64,000 bases of DNA, taken from positions 13,952,001 to 14,016,000 of the forward strand of contig CM052818.1 in NCBI GenBank assembly GCA_028534125.1, in the 5' to 3' direction. Each line of letters begins with the position of its first letter. Positions within the stretch are counted from its first letter, which is position 1. The notes under the pieces were generated by a model. The model worked only from the letters and a program-made list of their open reading frames with translations. It did no database searches and was not told the origin of the DNA. Below, piece after piece: positions 59,911 through 64,000 of the stretch. Both the position numbers and the translations under genes were made by a program. Source of the DNA: Lama glama. Taxonomy: Eukaryota.

Positions 59911-60464
59911 GTTTTCCACTCAGCGATTCTTGCCCTTTGTAGAGCTGCCACACCCTCTCATTGCTTGGATCCAAAGCAACACCTCAGAGATGCACAGATT
60001 TTCCTTAAAAATTATAGCAAATTAAAATTCATTTGGTTAATGGGAAATTCACGGTGCTCCTGGAGCCAAATATGGATACCCCAGGATGTGGCTGAGTGAG
60101 GACTGGGAATTACTGCTCCAGGGCTCCAGCTGTGTCTTCTCTGTGCCAGGGATGGGACTGAAGAGATGGTCAGGGGGTCCTTCAGGAGACGAGACCTCTC
60201 CTTCAGAGAAAGGAAATGTTCAGAGCTATGAGCTCCCAGGGGCCTCAAACCCAACATTCAACCAGTGTGTAGCATTGCATCAGGTACAGGGTGACCCAGA
60301 CTGTTTCAAGGCAGCACATGTCTGTCTTCCTGCTAGTTTCATTCAGGTTTTCTGATCCATCACACAAACAACAGCTGTGCTCAAGGCACATGCTAGAAGG
60401 TGTAGAAGAGAGGAGACGCTAAGGCACAGTTACTGTCAGTCTTTTCCGCAAACTCTTGCTCCCC

Positions 60465-60850
60465 ACTGAGGTTAAGAGCATCACCTTTTGAGTCAAAACC
60501 CAACCTGGGTTCTGGTCCTGGCTTTGCTACTTACCAACCAGGTGACCTTAAGCTCATCTTTAAAATGGCGATTGTAATAGTGGTATGTACATCATGGAGC
60601 CTTCTTGATGATTGAGAAATGCTTGAAAAATGTTTAGCATAGTATCCGGCTAACACTAATTCCAGCTAACAGTGACTGCTTCCGATGTGCCAGGTCTTGC
60701 AGCCCTATGTGTTTGCTTCTATTGCTACCCTCAGTTTCAGATAAAGAAACCAAGGCCCGAAGAGGTTAAGAAACTTGCCCCGGACCCATGGCTATGTGGC
60801 GGAGGAAGTCTAACATCAGAGCCTTTGCTCTTAACCGCTCTGTGTGTGGT
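60465..60850. mobile_element. Two MIR fragments in opposite orientation
   Basis: 'cctgggttctggtcctggctttgctacttacc...gtgaccttaag...tttaaaatgg' then 'tttcagataaagaaaccaaggcccgaagaggttaagaaacttgccc'. Confidence 0.65.
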
Positions 60851-61587
60851 TCAACAACTATTAGCTATTTTTATCATCTTTTTATGTCTAGGCTTTGATA
60901 CCCTTGGTGTGTTTCTCTGATTATCTGTTTCAAACCTCTCACGTGACTTCTAGCATAGCCAGGGACCTATGAGCTGCCTATTCCAGATCAGAGTCACGAA
61001 ACAGATGAGACTGGCTTTGGAATTTGAGAATAATCCCATCTCCTTGTTATGTGATCCTCTTTTGGGGTTGTCTCTCACAACGGAAGCTGGTGACGACAAC
61101 GGTGGCCTTGGTAGATGCATACCAGAAGGTCTTAGCTGTCACTTCATAAGTACTAGCTTGCCCCAAAGCCTCATTCCTCTCTAAATTGGGATTCTGCAAG
61201 CAATGAGCAGACAAAATGGTTGAAGGGTTGGAAAATGGTCCTGAAAGGACAGCTTAAAGGAGTTGGCAGTCATTTGGTAGTGGCATATTGGAGACTCTAA
61301 CTTTGAGCAAGATGTGAAAGTTGACAGTTTCCCCTGCCCACATGTGGTGAGAGAAGAAGCAACGTACAGAAAGGGGTGAGCTTGATAGAATGTTTTCCTT
61401 CTATTGATGACAAAGACTTAGTGCCCTGGAGTCGAATATTGAGGGGCTCGTGGTAACAGACTGTGCTTTCATGGGCAGCAACATTGGCGGCTCAAGACAG
61501 GGGGGTGGACCTCTTTCCTTCTTTTTTCACAATTTTGTGATAAGGACATTTTTTCTTTATTCTCAAATTTTTAAGGACCTTCCACCG

Positions 61588-61997
61588 CATGGTAGGTAGA
61601 ATCTTGCCCTCCGCCAAAGATGTCCACATACCAGTCCCTTAAACCTATTTATACAGGCAGGCCTACAAGGTTCTTCTTGGGAGGGGGAACAAGAGAGCCA
61701 GTTTCAGGGAGATAGGATATGAGAAAGACTTGACTGGCCCTTACTGGTTTTAAAGATGGAAGAAGAGGACTGCAAGTCAAGGAATGTGGGTGCCTCCAGA
61801 AGCTGGAAAAGGCAAGAAAGTAGATTATCCTCTGGAGCTTCCAGGAGGGAACGTGGGCCTGTCAACACCTTGCTTTTAGCCCACTGAGATCCCTGTCAGG
61901 CTTCTAACCTATAGAGCTGTAAGATAAAAATTTATGTTCCTTTAAGTCATTTAAGTTTGTGGTAGGTTGTTACAAAAGCTGTGGAAAACAAATACAG
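61588..61997 (+). mobile_element. MLT1D-like solo LTR
   Basis: 'ccaaagatgtccacat...ggttttaaagatgga...aaggaatgtgggtgcctccagaagctggaaaaggcaagaaa...aacaccttgcttttagcccactgaga...ctgtaagataaa...aaataca'. Confidence 0.88.
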
Positions 61998-64000
61998 TTT
62001 AACCCATATGGCAAGAATATAATTTGACAGGTTGAGGGGGAAATTTTTAATTTCTCTCTCAGTCCTGACTTCTGTACCCCAAGTCATGAGATTCGGAAGC
62101 CCAGATGTATGTGTTAGCGTGGTAACAGTAAATACCTCTGTTTTTCAAGCTGACTTCAATGCTAGCTGTCAGCTGATACACCCTCTAGTGTCCCCTGGGA
62201 TTGACACGGGAAGGGAATAGGGACTGCTGTTCCTTGTGCTGTCTCCACCCCTGAGCCTCTGCACCAGGAGAAGCTTCAGAGGAGAACGCAGTAGGGCTGC
62301 TTTTCAAAGGCAGCGTGAATGGCTATGCTAACCTCCTGCGCTGCCCCGGAGTTACCCTAAGTCAGTCATGGCCTCTATCGAGCCTGGACTTCGGAGCCTC
62401 CTTGTCCCCTTCCAGCTACAGCCCCTGCTTAGAAAATGAGTTTTCTCCCTGTGCTGACTCACCTCTCCGACTGCAGAGTGGAGCTGCAGACTAATTCACG
62501 GAAGCAGGAGGAAGAACAAGCCAGTATCAGCAGGAACAAAAGCTGCACCAAGTCCCAGAATGAAGTGACATCACAAAATGTTCTAACTCTCCCTGTCTCG
62601 TTCCGGAGCAATGGAAAGACAGATAATTCCAAACTGCTGAATGGAAAGGAGAAGTCCGGCTAGATTTTTCTACAAAATGAATATTTAGCACTTTGAAAGG
62701 AAAACAAAACTTTCAGCAAGCACAAAGAAAATCAAGTTTTAAATAAAATAGGGTTTCCCAGAGTTTGTGAGGCCATTTCATGGGCCAATAGGCTGAGCAC
62801 AGAAGTTTCTTTCACAACCTGATTTACTTGCTCAGGATCCAGGATCAGAAGGAGTTAATTTTCTGTTTTTGGCCAGGGAGGGGTGGCCAAGAACATTCCC
62901 AGGGGCAAAGAAGTTCCCACATTTGGCACCAGACTATTGGAGAGGGGCTCCTTGGCTCTCTCATCCCCAGTCACTTAGGACTAGAGGTCACCTCTCCCTC
63001 ACCTTCCTACGAGGGTGGTAAATGCTTCTGCAACTCTTACGTGGGTAGGGGCAGTGTGCGAGTTGAAACCAGGCTGCTGAGCCAGTTTACCTATGTAGGG
63101 GCCCCTGGGTCCTGCAGGTTGTGGGGAGAGGCCACCCCCTGAAGGGGAGTCTATAATAGTGTCCAGCTGCAACAAGGGCCACTGCAGCAGCCTCTTCCCT
63201 GCCACCGCCACCCTGTCTCCTCTTCCTGCTGCAGACAGACTGACAGAAGCTTCCCAGGAGGGCTGAGCAGTCAGGGATGCTAATGAGGGGGAAGGTAGCC
63301 ATGGCCTCACCGGAGATCCTAGTCTGTCTCAGGGAGTATCAGTGAGGCTTGGGTTCAAGTCCACACTGGTCTCAGCGTCCCCGGACTAGAAACCGCAGCA
63401 CTGGGACTCTGAAGGGTCCTCTTCTGTAGGAAAGCAATGCGCACCCCCGTCCCTACCCTCAAATAAGAGAATATCCCTTCCCCCATCCCAGGAAACCTTG
63501 GCCCCTCCCCTTTCCCTACTCCTAGGAAAAAGGGCCTTTCTTGATGGTGGGTTTTTCTATTTTTCTAGTGACAGCACAAGACAGAGCCTTTCTCTCACTG
63601 TCAGTCACCATCTCACCATCTTCCTCCTCCTCATGCCAGCCCTGAGGTTTCACAGGGCCAGGCCTGCCCTCTCTGGACCATCCTCTGAGCTCCTGGCTGC
63701 CCCTGTTCTGGCCACGATTTTTCATTCTAAGATGTGTTCTTCAGAAACCAATTTTCCCATCTTTGTGGGCATCAGATTCTTGCCACTTCTCTTTTTCATT
63801 TTTAAGTATTTTGTGGCTCCATAAACTGCAGTTGAGGGTTTGCAGAAGAGATCAAACAAGGAAGCCAGAGACATGAGCAGCTCTGATGAACCCCATAGCA
63901 GAGGAGACCTTCGATGCCAGCGTTAGATGAGAGTTGGGGGTTATCTGTTATATTTCTCCTTGCCCCTCCCCCCTACTACTTACTCAGTTATACTAGTGCA

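Noticed and set aside
3200..64000. RTN4 coding exons
   Set aside because: No reticulon/Nogo peptide seen. RTN4 is only inferred to lie beyond the window from recalled synteny.

Overview
Mammalian genomic DNA, most likely camelid (inferred from two Vic-1-like tRNA-derived SINEs and artiodactyl-type L1 3' ends). The first ~3.2 kb holds the last two coding exons of a + strand gene that I recognise from memory as CLHC1 (C2orf63): exons 1460-1639 and 2942-3138, ending ...NLMQHVFW*. The other ~60 kb is non-coding. By recalled human synteny it should be the CLHC1-RTN4 interval, but no RTN4 coding exon is visible. It is filled with L1, L2, MIR, MLT/ERV LTRs and DNA-transposon fossils, and contains one 500-N assembly gap, two small CpG-rich patches and several motif clusters. 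The ORF track misses both real exons and is almost all chance or repeat-derived ORFs. I found no convincing new biological system. The most unusual structures are: a 147-bp ungapped direct duplication (14 mismatches) flanking a composite L1-derived insert, with a younger L1 nested in one copy; a ~290-bp inverted pair of L1 3' ends; a tandem double-3'-end L1 inside one TSD pair; an in-frame tandem splice donor in CLHC1; a CCAAT/octamer-rich solo LTR; and a hAT fossil with a readable transposase dimerisation domain. Repeat family names are recognised by eye and repeat boundaries are approximate.
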